Assembly (NCBI GenBank): GCA_965209055.1 | Contig: OZ242374.1 | Span: 2,912,001-2,976,000 of the forward strand | Length of the DNA stretch: 64,000 nucleotides | Direction: 5' to 3' | DNA from: Acidobacteriota bacterium | Lineage (GTDB): Bacteria; Acidobacteriota; UBA6911; RPQK01; JAJDTT01 | In this document: piece by piece, positions 1-10,525 of the stretch | How positions within the stretch are numbered: position 1 is the first letter of the stretch | Layout: every line of letters starts with the position of its first letter | Notes under the pieces: generated by a model | What the model saw: only the letters and a program-made list of their open reading frames with translations | Database searches by the model: none | What the model was told of the DNA's origin: nothing | Translations under genes and position numbers: made by a program

Positions 1-1090
1 CCCAGGGACGGGCAATGATGGAGGGCTCCCCGTCGCGGAGCTGTTCGACGACCTGGTCCCGGTGGATCGGGACCCGGGACCGGTCCCATCCGATGTGCAG
101 TTGAGGCGAATGGTTGGCGATGGGGGGGACGAACCTCCGGGTCCGGGTTCCCCGTATCTTCTCGACGCTCCTGGCGATGGTTTCGACCCGCCGGTCCCAC
201 TCTTTCCAGTCCTTCTCGTGATCGAGCTCGAGGTAGGTCTCCACCGCCACCATCATGGCCAGCATCTCTTCCTTGTTGACCTTCATGCCCCGGCCGATGC
301 TGTCGGCATGGGGCAACCCGTTGAGCCTGGCGGCTGCGATCAGGTCCTTGCGCCCCAGCAACAGCCCGGTGCTCTGAGGACCGCGCATCGCCTTGCCCCC
401 GGAGAAGGTGACCAGGTCGAACCCCATGCGGATGAACCTGCCGAGATTCTCCGCGGGTGGGACGTCGGCCGCGCAATCGATGAAGGTGGGAATCCCGAGC
501 TTCCTGCCCAGCCCGGCGAACTCGGCCGCCTGAATCTGGCCCTTCTCGTCGGCCAGGTTGAGAAACAGCATCATGGCTGTCTGTGAACCGGCTGCTGCCT
601 CCAGTTCTTCCGCCGTCTCCACCTCCACCATCCGGACCCCGCAGTTTCGCACGGCGTGGTCGTAGACGAATCGATGCGACTTCTGGATGATGACCTCGTC
701 GCGCATTCCGGAGGTGTCCGGGAGGCGGCGGATGAACTCCTGGTTTTTCCCGGTCATGCAGGCGGCCGTGCCCAGCGTCAGGGCCGAGGCGGCCCCGGCG
801 CTGACCAGGGCGGCCTCCGAGCCGACCAGGGAAGCGATCCGCTTGCCCACGGCGTCGTGGAGTTCGTCCAGGTTGACGAATTTCCGGGTGGCGTATTCCC
901 AGGCATGCATCACTTCGGGCCGCATCAAGCTGCCCGAAAGGGCCGTGGAGGTTCCCGCCGCGTTGATGATGGGACGGACGCCGAGTTCTGCAAAATAGTC
1001 TCGATTGTTCAATCTGCCGAACAACGGGCGGAAATTGGCCAGGAAGGGCGAGGTCGACAAAAGGGTCAGGAACCATCTCCGGTTGAACAT
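1..1090 (-). CDS. SelA-like / DgaE-family PLP-dependent enzyme; 3' end runs off the window
   Basis: Absent from the ORF track. Manual translation from ATG 1090 (GGAGG RBS upstream): MFNRRWFLTLL...ELGVRPIINAAGTSTALSGS...SAGAASALTLG...IDCAAD...FSGGKAMRGPQSTG...GRGMKVNKEE, which are typical SelA-like motifs. The NRRWFL start resembles a Tat signal. Confidence 0.85.
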   Translation of the reverse strand, partial: MFNRRWFLTLLSTSPFLANFRPLFGRLNNRDYFAELGVRPIINAAGTSTALSGSLMRPEVMHAWEYATRKFVNLDELHDAVGKRIASLVGSEAALVSAGAASALTLGTAACMTGKNQEFIRRLPDTSGMRDEVIIQKSHRFVYDHAVRNCGVRMVEVETAEELEAAAGSQTAMMLFLNLADEKGQIQAAEFAGLGRKLGIPTFIDCAADVPPAENLGRFIRMGFDLVTFSGGKAMRGPQSTGLLLGRKDLIAAARLNGLPHADSIGRGMKVNKEEMLAMMVAVETYLELDHEKDWKEWDRRVETIARSVEKIRGTRTRRFVPPIANHSPQLHIGWDRSRVPIHRDQVVEQLRDGEPSIIARPW

Positions 1091-1203
1091 GGGCCGGTCT
1101 CCTCCAAAGGCGGGTTCATGGGAATGACGTCAGCCTGAGATTACGCCGCCGCCGCGCATTCTGGCAAGCCGGATCGGAGGGGGAGGGGGAACCGGCGATG
1201 ACT

Positions 1204-2364
1204 CTATGCCGCCGCCAAACCGGGAACGATGGTGGCCTTGACGCATCGCATCCCGGACGCGGCTTCGGTGGCCGCCATGATCCCCTCCCGGCTGAACGGG
1301 AAGAGGACCTGCATCCGGTCCCACGGATAGCGGTCCAGGCACCGTTCCAACATCCGGATGCCCAGCGGAATGTCGTTGGCCGTGAAGGCCCAGCTCCCCA
1401 GTATGGTGATGTCCTTGGAGCAGATGCGGTGCCAGTTGGTCTCGATGGAGCCGGCGTCGGTGAACTGCCCCATTTCGACGTAGGTGCCCCCGTCCCGGAG
1501 CATCTCGATCCCTTCCGGGCCCGCCGCCGGGTGCCCGCTGGCCTCCACCACCAGATCGGCTCCGAATCTTCCCGCCAGCCGGCGAACGGCTTCGATTCGG
1601 GATCGAGGCTCCGGGTGTTCTTCCAACGACACGGTGGCGGCGGCTCCGAAGCGGCGGCAGAGGGCCAGACGCGGATTCTCGGGCGCGCCGACCACCACCA
1701 CCCGTCCGGCTCCCATCTCCTGAGCGGCCACCAGGCAGAGCAGGCCGATGGGACCCGATCCCTGGATGACCACCGTGTCGCCCGAGCGAAATCCGCCCGC
1801 CGAGACGGCCCGGTTCAGGGCCCGGACGCAACACGCGAGAGGCTCCGAGAGAGTGCCCCGCAACGACGACAACCCCTCGGGCAGGCGGTAGATCTTGGTG
1901 GCGGGAAACATCTCCAGGTCGACGTAGACCATCTCGGCCCATCCGCCCCAGAGATGAGGGGGCTTCTCGAAGGGGATGTAGCGGCCGTAGTAGGTGGGTT
2001 GGAGACACTTGTTGGCCTGGGCCGGATAGTGGACGCAGTAGTAGCACTCGCCGCAAGGCATCAGCGGCGGGAGCATGACCCGGGCGCCCGTTTCCAAGGG
2101 CTCTCCCATGAAGTCCGAATCGAGCTCCGGACCGATCTCCTCGATCACGCCCGCCAATTCGTGGCCCAGAGTCAGGGGCCAGGGGAGAGGTTTGGGCCAA
2201 TGACCCTTCAATATGTGCAGGTCGGTGCCGCAGACGCCGCAGGCCTCGATCCGGATGAGCGCCGCCTTGCGGGGCGTCGCCGGCCTCGGGACGGTGCGGA
2301 TACGCGGAGAAGTCCCGGGACCGTCGTAGGTCGCCACCTGAATCCGGGTCATTTCGAGCGCCAT
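1204..2364 (-). CDS. Zn-dependent alcohol/polyol dehydrogenase (MDR family)
   Basis: CGVCGTDLH, GHE, structural Zn motif CGECYYC...C, GSGPIG Rossmann motif. Confidence 0.92.
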   Translation of the reverse strand: MALEMTRIQVATYDGPGTSPRIRTVPRPATPRKAALIRIEACGVCGTDLHILKGHWPKPLPWPLTLGHELAGVIEEIGPELDSDFMGEPLETGARVMLPPLMPCGECYYCVHYPAQANKCLQPTYYGRYIPFEKPPHLWGGWAEMVYVDLEMFPATKIYRLPEGLSSLRGTLSEPLACCVRALNRAVSAGGFRSGDTVVIQGSGPIGLLCLVAAQEMGAGRVVVVGAPENPRLALCRRFGAAATVSLEEHPEPRSRIEAVRRLAGRFGADLVVEASGHPAAGPEGIEMLRDGGTYVEMGQFTDAGSIETNWHRICSKDITILGSWAFTANDIPLGIRMLERCLDRYPWDRMQVLFPFSREGIMAATEAASGMRCVKATIVPGLAAA

Positions 2365-2574
2365 TATGTCGCCGCCGGAGACGGCCGGCAAATGACCGTC
2401 CGCCCGAATGACGTGCGGCAGAACGCCCGGCCGGGATCGGTTTGCGGCCGTGGCGACTTTCGCCGGGGGCTGGTACGCTTTACTGCGAACTTTCGGGTCC
2501 GTGGATTCGGCGTGAGGCGTTTAACAGTCCGTGACGACGTTTGCCACGGGCTGTCAACGGAAAGGAATCGAGGA

Positions 2575-3735
2575 ATGGATCGCAGACAGTTTCTCAAGGA
2601 GACCGCCTTCACCACCGGCGGAGGATTGCTGGGATTGGAGGCCGCCCGGAGCCTCCGGTCCGGAACAGCCCTGGCGGAGTCCTCTGCGGAGTCCGTGCGC
2701 GTCGGGATCATTACGGAGCCGGGAGGCCAGCACCTGAGCTGGTTCACCCGGACTCTGGGCGTCCTGGAGGGTGTCGAGATGGTCGCCGCCGCCGACGAGT
2801 CGGGCGAATTCTTCGAGAAGGGCCGCGAGTACCTGGGACCCCGGGCCTCCGAATTTCAGACCTTCAAGGATTACCGCCGGATGATCGCAGAGGTTCGTCC
2901 CCAATTGGTGCTGATGGCCCTGGAGCCGGTACACACGCCCCCGGTCGTGGAGGCGGTCCTTGAGGGGGGAGCCCACGTGCTGACGGACAAGCCGGGCTGC
3001 GTGCGCCTGGCCGATTTCGAAAAGGTGGCCCGCTTGGCCGAATCCAAGAATCTGGAGCTGATGCTGGGCCTCACGAACCGGACCAATCCCGCGGCCCGCA
3101 AGGCCCGGGAACTGGTGGAATCGGGCTTGCTGGGGAAGCTCTACGGGACGTCGGTTCACCTGGTGGCGGACCACACCCGTCTGACCAGGCCCTCCTACTG
3201 GACCCGATGGGTGGCGTCCCGCGAGCGGGCCGGCGGCGGCAAGCTCATCTACCACGGAATCCATTACCTGGACCTGGCCCATTACATCGCCGGAGACACC
3301 ATCACCGAGGTTGCCGGATTCGCCGAGAAGGTCGGCGACCAGCCGGTCGACCTGGAGGATTCGGCCGTCCTGGCCTACCGGATGAGTCAGGGAACGGTGG
3401 GGACCCTGAACACGGGTTACTATCTGCCCCAGGGATACAGCACCCTGGTCAAGTTCTGGGGCTCGTTGGGCTGGCTCCAATTCGACCTGGCCGCTGGTCC
3501 CCCCATGACCTGGTACTCCACGCACCCGGACGCCCCGGGCAAGGTCCGATCGTACTACTACCCCCAGGAACCGAACACCTACACGCTGATGATGGAAGAG
3601 GCGGTGAATGCCGCTCGCGGGCTGGGCCCGTTTCCCATCACCACCCGGGAGAGCTTGAATTCACTGAGGGTGGTCTTTGCCGCCTACGATGCGGCTCGTG
3701 AAGAGGTCAGCCGGACGGTGGCCTATTCCGGATAG
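2575..3735 (+). CDS. Gfo/Idh/MocA oxidoreductase with Tat signal peptide
   Basis: MDRRQFLK twin-arginine motif; HVLTDKP (EKP variant); GGGKLIYHGIHYLD. This is the real 3' part of ORF 1198..3735. Confidence 0.9.
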   Translation: MDRRQFLKETAFTTGGGLLGLEAARSLRSGTALAESSAESVRVGIITEPGGQHLSWFTRTLGVLEGVEMVAAADESGEFFEKGREYLGPRASEFQTFKDYRRMIAEVRPQLVLMALEPVHTPPVVEAVLEGGAHVLTDKPGCVRLADFEKVARLAESKNLELMLGLTNRTNPAARKARELVESGLLGKLYGTSVHLVADHTRLTRPSYWTRWVASRERAGGGKLIYHGIHYLDLAHYIAGDTITEVAGFAEKVGDQPVDLEDSAVLAYRMSQGTVGTLNTGYYLPQGYSTLVKFWGSLGWLQFDLAAGPPMTWYSTHPDAPGKVRSYYYPQEPNTYTLMMEEAVNAARGLGPFPITTRESLNSLRVVFAAYDAAREEVSRTVAYSG

Positions 3736-3737
3736 CC

Positions 3738-4781
3738 GTGATGCAGGAGGTCCGGGAGAAGAGGACGATGCCGGAGATCCCCAAAGTCGGCTGGGGCATC
3801 ATAGGCGCCGGAGATATCGCGCACCGGGTGATGGCGCCGGCCATGCGGGAATGTCCCCACAGCGAGCTGGCGGCGGTGACCCGGACGACCCTCCGGGGAG
3901 CCCGGGAATTCGCCCGCCTGCACGGCGCCGGGCGCGGCTACGACAAGCTGGAGGATCTGCTGGCCGATTCCGAAGTCGAGGCCGTCTACGTGGCGACTCC
4001 CGTGGCCCGTCATCTGCCGGATACGCTGGCCGCCGCCTCCGCGGGACGCCACGTCCTGTGCGAGAAGCCGCTGGCGCTGAACGTTGCCGAAGGCGAGGAA
4101 ATGGAGGAAGCCTGCCGGCGGGCGGGGATCACCTTCATGACCTGCTACTACCAGCGCTTCAACGCCAGGCATCGCAGGATGAAGGAACTGCTGGAGGCGG
4201 GCGCCATCGGGCAGGTCACCTCGGCGCGTGTCAATTTCTCAGGCCGGAGCCTGGTCAACCCGGAGGCGTGGCGCCAGGACCCGGCGTTGGGCGGAGGCGG
4301 TCCCTACATGGACAATGCGTCTCACGCCATCGACCTGCTGCGCTTCTTTCTGGGCGAAGTGATCGAGGTCGCCGCCTTCACCGACGTGCTGTCGGGCGAC
4401 TATGCCGTGGAAGATACGGCCAGTTCCCTGCTGCGCATGGCGAACGGCGCCCAGGCCGTCGTCACCGCCCACTGGAGCAGCGGGGACCCGGACGAGGACC
4501 GCAACTCCATGATCGAGATCGTGGGAACGGAGGGCATCCTCCAGTCCTCGCCGCTGCATGAGAAGTTTTCCCGGGGACGATTGTTGTTGTCCACCCGTCA
4601 GGGTGAGGAGAGGTTCGAGTTCGAAGAGAGCACCCACGTTCAGGTTCTAACCGAGTTCGCGGAGGCCCTGGCCGAAGGCCGCGATCCGGCCATCACCATC
4701 CAGGACGGAGTGGCCGCCCAGCGGGTCGTGGAGTCGGTCTATGCCTCGTCCCGGAGCGGCCGGGCCATCCAACTGAAATAG
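3738..4781 (+). CDS. Gfo/Idh/MocA oxidoreductase
   Basis: GIIGAGDIA, HVLCEKP, GGGPYMDNASHAID. Confidence 0.92.
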   Translation: MMQEVREKRTMPEIPKVGWGIIGAGDIAHRVMAPAMRECPHSELAAVTRTTLRGAREFARLHGAGRGYDKLEDLLADSEVEAVYVATPVARHLPDTLAAASAGRHVLCEKPLALNVAEGEEMEEACRRAGITFMTCYYQRFNARHRRMKELLEAGAIGQVTSARVNFSGRSLVNPEAWRQDPALGGGGPYMDNASHAIDLLRFFLGEVIEVAAFTDVLSGDYAVEDTASSLLRMANGAQAVVTAHWSSGDPDEDRNSMIEIVGTEGILQSSPLHEKFSRGRLLLSTRQGEERFEFEESTHVQVLTEFAEALAEGRDPAITIQDGVAAQRVVESVYASSRSGRAIQLK

Positions 4782-4805
4782 AGGACATCCAGAGGAGATT
4801 TCGCC

Positions 4806-5852
4806 ATGTCCGAAGACATCCGCGTCGGCATCATCACCAAGCACAGGGGACCCCACCTGAGCCACTACATGAGGTCGTTCGCCACCTGCCGGGGAGTGAA
4901 GCAGGTGGCCATCGCCGACTCCACCGGACGCCATTTCAAAGACGCCGGGGAGATCCTCAAGGAGCGCTATCCGGAGCTCAAGACCTACCGGAACTACCGG
5001 AGAATGCTCTCCGCCGAGAAGCCGCAACTGGTGTTGGTGACCACGGAGGCGCACATGGCGCCCAAGCGGATCCAGGCCGCCCTGGAGTCCGGCGCCCACG
5101 TGGTGTGCGAGAAGCCATCCTGTGTCCGAATCGAGGACTTCCGGAAGCTGGCGGATCTGGCGACGTCCAGGAACCTGTGCCTGATGCTGGCCATGGCCAA
5201 TCGGTTCACTCCTCCGGTCCAGAAGGCTCGGGAACTGGTTCAGTCCGGAAAGCTGGGAAAGCTCTTCAGCGCCGATGTCTACATGGTGGCGGACCAGACC
5301 CGTTTGACCCGGCCCAGGACGCAAAATTCCTGGGTCTCCAAGAAGGCCCTTTCCGGCGGGGGACACCTGATCTGGCTGGGAATCCACTGGCTCGACCTGG
5401 TCCAGTACATCACCGAAGATCGAGTGCGCAAGGTGGCGGGCTTCACCAGCAACGTTGGGGGCCAGCCGGTGGATATCGAGGATGCCGCCGTGCTCAGCCT
5501 CCTGTACAGAAGCGGCATGGTGGGCACCATGCACTCGGGTTACTACCTGGACCGCGGATACCACAGTCACATCGCCATCTGGGGCGAGAAGGGCTGGCTC
5601 CGGTTCGACCTGACGGCGCAGCAGCCGCTGGAATGGTACTCGACCCTCGAGGGGATGCCTCAGGGGATCCAGACCTTCTCGTACAGCCGGGGGACGAACT
5701 TTTATCTGGGGATCATCCAGGCCGCGGTGGATTGTGCCCAGGGTTCGGGAGACTCGGGAAAGAGCGCCGAAGAGAGCTTGAGCGTGCTCAAGACCATCTT
5801 CGGCCTCTACCGGGCGGCGGAGACGGGACGGACGCAAACACTCGGGTCGTAG
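4806..5852 (+). CDS. Gfo/Idh/MocA oxidoreductase, paralog of 2575..3735 lacking the Tat signal
   Basis: HVVCEKP, VADQTRLTRP, GGGHLIWLGIHWLD; GAGGAG RBS. Confidence 0.9.
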   Translation: MSEDIRVGIITKHRGPHLSHYMRSFATCRGVKQVAIADSTGRHFKDAGEILKERYPELKTYRNYRRMLSAEKPQLVLVTTEAHMAPKRIQAALESGAHVVCEKPSCVRIEDFRKLADLATSRNLCLMLAMANRFTPPVQKARELVQSGKLGKLFSADVYMVADQTRLTRPRTQNSWVSKKALSGGGHLIWLGIHWLDLVQYITEDRVRKVAGFTSNVGGQPVDIEDAAVLSLLYRSGMVGTMHSGYYLDRGYHSHIAIWGEKGWLRFDLTAQQPLEWYSTLEGMPQGIQTFSYSRGTNFYLGIIQAAVDCAQGSGDSGKSAEESLSVLKTIFGLYRAAETGRTQTLGS

Positions 5853-5958
5853 CCGGCGCATTCCCCGATTCGCAGGGCCGGAATGGCGCGGTGACTTCGT
5901 CCCCGGGTTCAAGGTTCCCGAGACTCTCGCCGGTTCATTTCTGAAAGGAGAACGAACC

Positions 5959-6495
5959 ATGAGCCGTATCAATCGGGCAGTGATCAAGGCTGCTCTGGCC
6001 GGCGGGTGCGTGCTGTTCGTCTGGGGCATCGTCTACTGGGTGGTTCTCCCCTTTCACCAGGGAGTATTCGAAGAATTTCGGGATGAGGACGCCGTCGCTT
6101 CGGTCCTGACGCAGAATGCGTCCCAGTCCGGCATCTACATCTATCCGGGCGGGCAGGACGAAGAAGCCGTGGCGAAAAAGGCGCGGGGTCCGTCTGCCTT
6201 CGTCGTCTTTCATCCCGGGGGAATGACATCCATGGTCCGGCCCCTGTTCACCCAATTGGGCATCCAGGTCCTGGGAGCGTTCCTGATCTCCCTGCTGCTG
6301 GCCAGGGCCCGAATTGGCGGCTACTGGGGACGGGTGGGATTCGTGGTTCTCCTGCTCTTGACTGCCGGAGTCCTGTGCCATCTCCCGAACTGGAACTGGT
6401 GGCATTTCTCCACCGGGTATATCGTCCTGGTCTTTGCGGACCTCCTCGCCGGTGGACTTCTGGCGGCTCTGGTTATGGCCCGGATCATCAGGTAG
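5959..6495 (+). CDS. Integral membrane protein of unknown function
   Basis: About four hydrophobic segments; AAGGAG RBS. Confidence 0.8.
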   Translation: MSRINRAVIKAALAGGCVLFVWGIVYWVVLPFHQGVFEEFRDEDAVASVLTQNASQSGIYIYPGGQDEEAVAKKARGPSAFVVFHPGGMTSMVRPLFTQLGIQVLGAFLISLLLARARIGGYWGRVGFVVLLLLTAGVLCHLPNWNWWHFSTGYIVLVFADLLAGGLLAALVMARIIR

Positions 6496-6502
6496 GGATT
6501 CC

Positions 6503-7552
6503 ATGGCGCTTGCCATCGCCTTGCTGGTTCTCACCGGTCTGGTCCCTTCAACGTTACAGGCGGCATCCAAGAAGACCGCTCGCGAGGGTCCGTACGAGCT
6601 CCGGGGCCGGATCGTGCTGCCGGACGGAGGATCTTTCCGTGGAAGCGCCCCCGTTGTGATCCTGGAGGCGGTGCGGTTCCCACTACGGCGAAGGGTCCTC
6701 GCCGGCTGGAATGGTCGGTTCCGGATTAAGAAGCTCCCCCAGTCCTCCTACAAGATGGCGATCCTGGTTCCGGGGATGGGCGAGATGAAGCGTACCGTGG
6801 ACGTCGGGCCCACCTTTGCCGACAAAAAAGGACGAATCGAGGCCACTTTCGTGTTCGAACCTACCGCATTGGCCGAGCCCATGGCCACGGTCACGGCGAC
6901 GCGTTTGTCGGTGGACTCGAAGGCCGTGAAGGCGTACCGGAAGGCGTTGAAGAAACTGGAGAAAGGAGAGTCGGCCGAAGCGGTCAAGGAATTGGAGAAG
7001 GCGGTCGCGATCGATTCCAGATACGCGGAGGCCTGGAACCGCCTGGGGACCATCGCTTACGTCTCCCGGGATTTCCCCCGGGCCGAGCATTGTTTCCGCC
7101 AAGCCCTCGAACACTCTCCAGAGTCCTATCCGCCCGTGGTCAATCTGGGCGCGGTCCTGCTGGAGTTGAACCAGACGAACAAGGCGCTGGCCATGAACCT
7201 TCGGGCCGTCCGGATGAAGGAAAAGGATCCACTGGCCCACGCTCAGTTGGGAACGACCTACTATCAACTGGGGCGTCACGAAAAGGCGGTCGAACACCTC
7301 AATCGGGCGAAGCAACTCGCCCCCCGGCACCATTCCGGCCCCCAGTTGATCCTGGCCGACATCTATTGGTATCGGAAGGACTATGCGGCGACCGCTGGAG
7401 AGCTGGCCGAGTTTCTCCACTACCATCCGGATTGGCCGGATGCGGCCCGGTTGAACGGTCTGCTGCAGCGGGCCAGGGCTCTTGCCGCCAGACCGGTGCA
7501 ACCTCATGCCGGCGAAAAACGGGAGGCCGAAGGAGGCGAATCGAGACGATGA
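6503..7552 (+). CDS. Secreted TPR protein with N-terminal carboxypeptidase-regulatory-like domain
   Basis: Signal peptide; TPR motifs [20 protein letters not shown]. Confidence 0.8.
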   Translation: MALAIALLVLTGLVPSTLQAASKKTAREGPYELRGRIVLPDGGSFRGSAPVVILEAVRFPLRRRVLAGWNGRFRIKKLPQSSYKMAILVPGMGEMKRTVDVGPTFADKKGRIEATFVFEPTALAEPMATVTATRLSVDSKAVKAYRKALKKLEKGESAEAVKELEKAVAIDSRYAEAWNRLGTIAYVSRDFPRAEHCFRQALEHSPESYPPVVNLGAVLLELNQTNKALAMNLRAVRMKEKDPLAHAQLGTTYYQLGRHEKAVEHLNRAKQLAPRHHSGPQLILADIYWYRKDYAATAGELAEFLHYHPDWPDAARLNGLLQRARALAARPVQPHAGEKREAEGGESRR

Positions 7553-8742
7553 CCGGCATCACCATGCTGGGGACCGGCCTCATCGGCGGGTTCTATACGG
7601 AGGCGCTGCAACGCAGGGGCCGGGAACAGGTTCTGACGGTCTATTCCCGGCGGCTGGAGCGGGCCCGGGAATTCGCGCGCCGGTGGGGCATTCCCCGTTG
7701 GACGGCGGACCTGGAGGACGCCGTGGGAGATTCCCAAACCCAGGTCGTGGTGGTTGGGCTTCCCAATGACCTGCATCTGAAAGCGGTGGAGCTGGCCGCC
7801 CGCGCGGGCAAGGCGGTCCTGTGCACCAAGCCACTGGCCCGGACTGGTGCCGAAGCCCGGCGCATACTGGAGACGGTGGAGGCGGCGGGCGTGTTTGCCG
7901 GATATCTGGAAGACCTGGTCTACACCCCCAAGACGTTGAAGGCCGTCGAAACGGTGCGGTCGGGCGCCCTGGGCCGGATTCTCTGGGTCCGTTCCCGGGA
8001 GGCCCACTCGGGGCCCCACAGCGCCTGGTTCTGGGACCATTCCCGGACCGGCGGGGGCGCCATCGTCGACCTGGGCTGCCACTGCATCGAGATCATCCGC
8101 AGTTTCGTGGGCAAGGAGGTCTACCCCAGCGAAGTCTTGTGTTGGGCCGATACCCTGGTCCATCCGGTGGAGAGCGAGGACAACTCGGTGACGCTCATCC
8201 GTTTCGACGGCGGGGCACTGGGGCAGTTCGAGGTGAGCTGGACCTTTCGCGGGGGCATGGACCTGAGAGACGAAGTCTCGGGAACCGAGGGCACCATCTG
8301 GCTCAACCACTTCCTCAGGACCGGGTTCGAGGTCTACTCCTCGAAGGGAGGGGCCGGCTACGTGGCGGAGAAGGCGGAGGCCGAGGCCGGGTGGACATTT
8401 CCCGTGGGCGATGAGGTGGAGCAATTGGGATTCGGCCGCATGTTCGATGACATGTTCCGGTCCATGGAGGCTGGACGCTCCCCGCGGGAGACCTTCTATG
8501 ACGGCTACGTGGTCAATGCAGTCATCGACGCCTGCTATCGCTCCGCCGAGTCCAAACGGTGGGAGCCCGTTGATCCGGATCCCTGGCGTGGAATTCGCGA
8601 GGCGCCGGCCGGCGGCGCGGTGGCCGAGACGTTGGGAGGGAGTCTCGTTGTAAAGCGGGAGCGAATGCCGGATGGACGCCTGAAGTTCATCTTGAAGGAT
8701 CCCGAGTCGGGCCGGATCACGGAACGCTGGGAAGAGGTTTGA
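7549..8742 (+). CDS. Gfo/Idh/MocA oxidoreductase
   Basis: [24 protein letters not shown]; ATGA overlap with the upstream stop codon. Confidence 0.9.
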   Translation: MTGITMLGTGLIGGFYTEALQRRGREQVLTVYSRRLERAREFARRWGIPRWTADLEDAVGDSQTQVVVVGLPNDLHLKAVELAARAGKAVLCTKPLARTGAEARRILETVEAAGVFAGYLEDLVYTPKTLKAVETVRSGALGRILWVRSREAHSGPHSAWFWDHSRTGGGAIVDLGCHCIEIIRSFVGKEVYPSEVLCWADTLVHPVESEDNSVTLIRFDGGALGQFEVSWTFRGGMDLRDEVSGTEGTIWLNHFLRTGFEVYSSKGGAGYVAEKAEAEAGWTFPVGDEVEQLGFGRMFDDMFRSMEAGRSPRETFYDGYVVNAVIDACYRSAESKRWEPVDPDPWRGIREAPAGGAVAETLGGSLVVKRERMPDGRLKFILKDPESGRITERWEEV

Positions 8743-8770
8743 CCCGGAGTCTCTCGCCTCTTGAGAAAAA

Positions 8771-9003
8771 GGAGCGATTTCCAATTGCCCAGGAGGGGCG
8801 ACTTTCCTGTCGCCCATTGGGAGCCCAGGAGGGGCGACTTTCCTGTCGCCCATTGGGAGGGGACCTTTAGTCCCCCCCTCTTCCCGGCTGCCAAGCGATA
8901 CGTTGGGTGGAAAGCGTAAAGGGGGACTCCGTCTTCCTAACCCCCCTTCCCGGCGACAGGAAAGTCGCCGGTCCCAATCGGCGGTAGGAAAACCGCCGCT
9001 CCC
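8771..9003. repeat. REP/REPIN-like palindrome cluster with a 34-bp direct duplication
   Basis: CCAGGAGGGGCGACTTTCCTGTCGCCCATTGGGA occurs twice (8789, 8826), with inverted units CGGCGACAGGAAAGTCGCCG and GGCGGTAGGAAAACCGCCGCTCC; lies between convergent genes. Confidence 0.85.
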
Positions 9004-9004
9004 C

Positions 9005-9823
9005 TCAGTGCTCCATGACCATTCCACCGTCGATGTTGATGGACTGGCCATGGATCCAGGAGGCCGCCCCGGTGCAGAGATAGGCGATGAACGCCCCCAC
9101 TTCCTCCCGGGTCCCGGTGCGTCCGATGGGGTGCGACTCTCCCATCTTTTCCCACTCTTCTCCCCGGCCGAACCGGTCCATGCGTGACGTGTCCACGGCG
9201 GCGGGGCAGATGCAGTTGACGTTGACCCGGTGGGGGCCCAGTTCCTGCGCCAGGGACTGGGTCATGCCGACCTGGGCGAAATTGGCGGCGCAGTAGGCCA
9301 GGGCTTCGGCGGCTCCCCGCTTGCCGGCCGAAGAGGCCACATTCACGATCTTCCCCCCGTCCCCCTGCCGGATCAAAGAGGGGATCACCGCCCGGGCGCA
9401 AAGGTAGGTGCCCCGGACCTTGACGTCCAGCACCCTCTGGAAGACGTCCGGGTCCAATTCGCCGGTGGGGACGCGGTCGCGGCCGATGGGCATGGCCGCG
9501 TTGTTGATCAGGATGTCCACCCGGCCGAACTCCTCCAGGGCGCGTGCGACCATCCTGTCCACATCTGCCACCCGGGTCACGTCCGCCACGAGGGGGAGGG
9601 CTTTTCTGCCCAGTCCGCGTACCCGCTCCGCGGTGCTCTCCACATCCCGCCACCCCAGTCTCCGCTCATCGGGTGGAAAGGTTTCCGGGTCGCGGCCGGT
9701 GCCGGTGACCGCGATGTCGGCCCCCAAACGGGCCAGGGCCATGGCGGTTTCGAAACCGATGCTCCTGAGACGGCCGGCTCCGGTGATGATGGCCACTTTG
9801 CCCTTCAATTCGCCCATCTCCAT
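9005..9823 (-). CDS. SDR family oxidoreductase
   Basis: ITGAGRLRSIG, NNAA, YCAAN (YxxxK lysine replaced by N), IDGG. Confidence 0.9.
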   Translation of the reverse strand: MEMGELKGKVAIITGAGRLRSIGFETAMALARLGADIAVTGTGRDPETFPPDERRLGWRDVESTAERVRGLGRKALPLVADVTRVADVDRMVARALEEFGRVDILINNAAMPIGRDRVPTGELDPDVFQRVLDVKVRGTYLCARAVIPSLIRQGDGGKIVNVASSAGKRGAAEALAYCAANFAQVGMTQSLAQELGPHRVNVNCICPAAVDTSRMDRFGRGEEWEKMGESHPIGRTGTREEVGAFIAYLCTGAASWIHGQSINIDGGMVMEH

Positions 9824-9944
9824 GCCTCCCTGCCGCACAGTCTACTATGGCGCCCGGTCCGCCAGGCCTCCAGCTTGCCGCAGTCCTGGAAAGGACGTAC
9901 TATTCTGGTCTATACGGGACATCAATCTACAAAGGAGGGACGCC

Positions 9945-10442
9945 GTGAAGATTCGGTACTTGCCGGCAATCGCATTGTTTCTGGGGGCGTCCGCGACGCT
10001 TCTTTCCCATCCCCACCTCAACAAGATGGTGAAGGCCACGCTTCCGAACAAGGTCGAGGCCAGCGTCACCTACTACACCGTGCCGGCCAACATGGAGCAT
10101 GTGAAGAAGGTCCAGGTCGGGGACTTCGTCCCCACCCGCGCCGTCCTTTCCCTCTCCGGCGGCACAGCTTCCGGGTCCACCATGATTCAGGCGGGCGACT
10201 ACACCATCGGCGCCATCAGGAACGCCGGCGATTGGACCCTGGCGCTCTATCCGGGCAAGCCGGCCCGCGGCATGGCTCCGGACAAGTCCAAGGTGATCTC
10301 GCTGGATTCCAGCTTCTCCGATTCGGAGGGAACCGCTCACCACGTCTCCTTCGATCTGGCGCCGGGCCACGGCAAGCTGGAAGGCAAAACCACGTTGATC
10401 TGGCACTTTGGCAATCTCTACCTTGCCGGAGCCTTGCAATAG
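9945..10442 (+). CDS. Secreted protein, DUF2911-like
   Basis: GTG start with AAGGAGG RBS; signal peptide; AGDYTIGAI...WTLAL segment resembles DUF2911. Confidence 0.6.
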   Translation: MKIRYLPAIALFLGASATLLSHPHLNKMVKATLPNKVEASVTYYTVPANMEHVKKVQVGDFVPTRAVLSLSGGTASGSTMIQAGDYTIGAIRNAGDWTLALYPGKPARGMAPDKSKVISLDSSFSDSEGTAHHVSFDLAPGHGKLEGKTTLIWHFGNLYLAGALQ

Positions 10443-10525
10443 GCGGTCTTCGTCATCATCCCGCGTGACGGGGAGAGCGAGGCGGGGTCCGGGTCGACGT
10501 GAGAAGGGCCGCGGGTTCTCCGGGC

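Noticed and set aside
62-1138. Plus-strand ORFs 62..586 and 656..1138
   Set aside because: Antisense shadows of the SelA-like gene on the minus strand.
1198-2574. N-terminal half of the 845-aa ORF (apparent fusion)
   Set aside because: Antisense to the Zn-ADH; the real start is the Tat-signal ATG at 2575. Similar GC-rich read-through inflates ORFs 7090, 29271, 30707, 34497, 39232 and 44120.
8771-8876. 34-bp direct repeats as a CRISPR array
   Set aside because: Only two copies separated by 3 bp, no spacers and no cas genes; they belong to the REP family.
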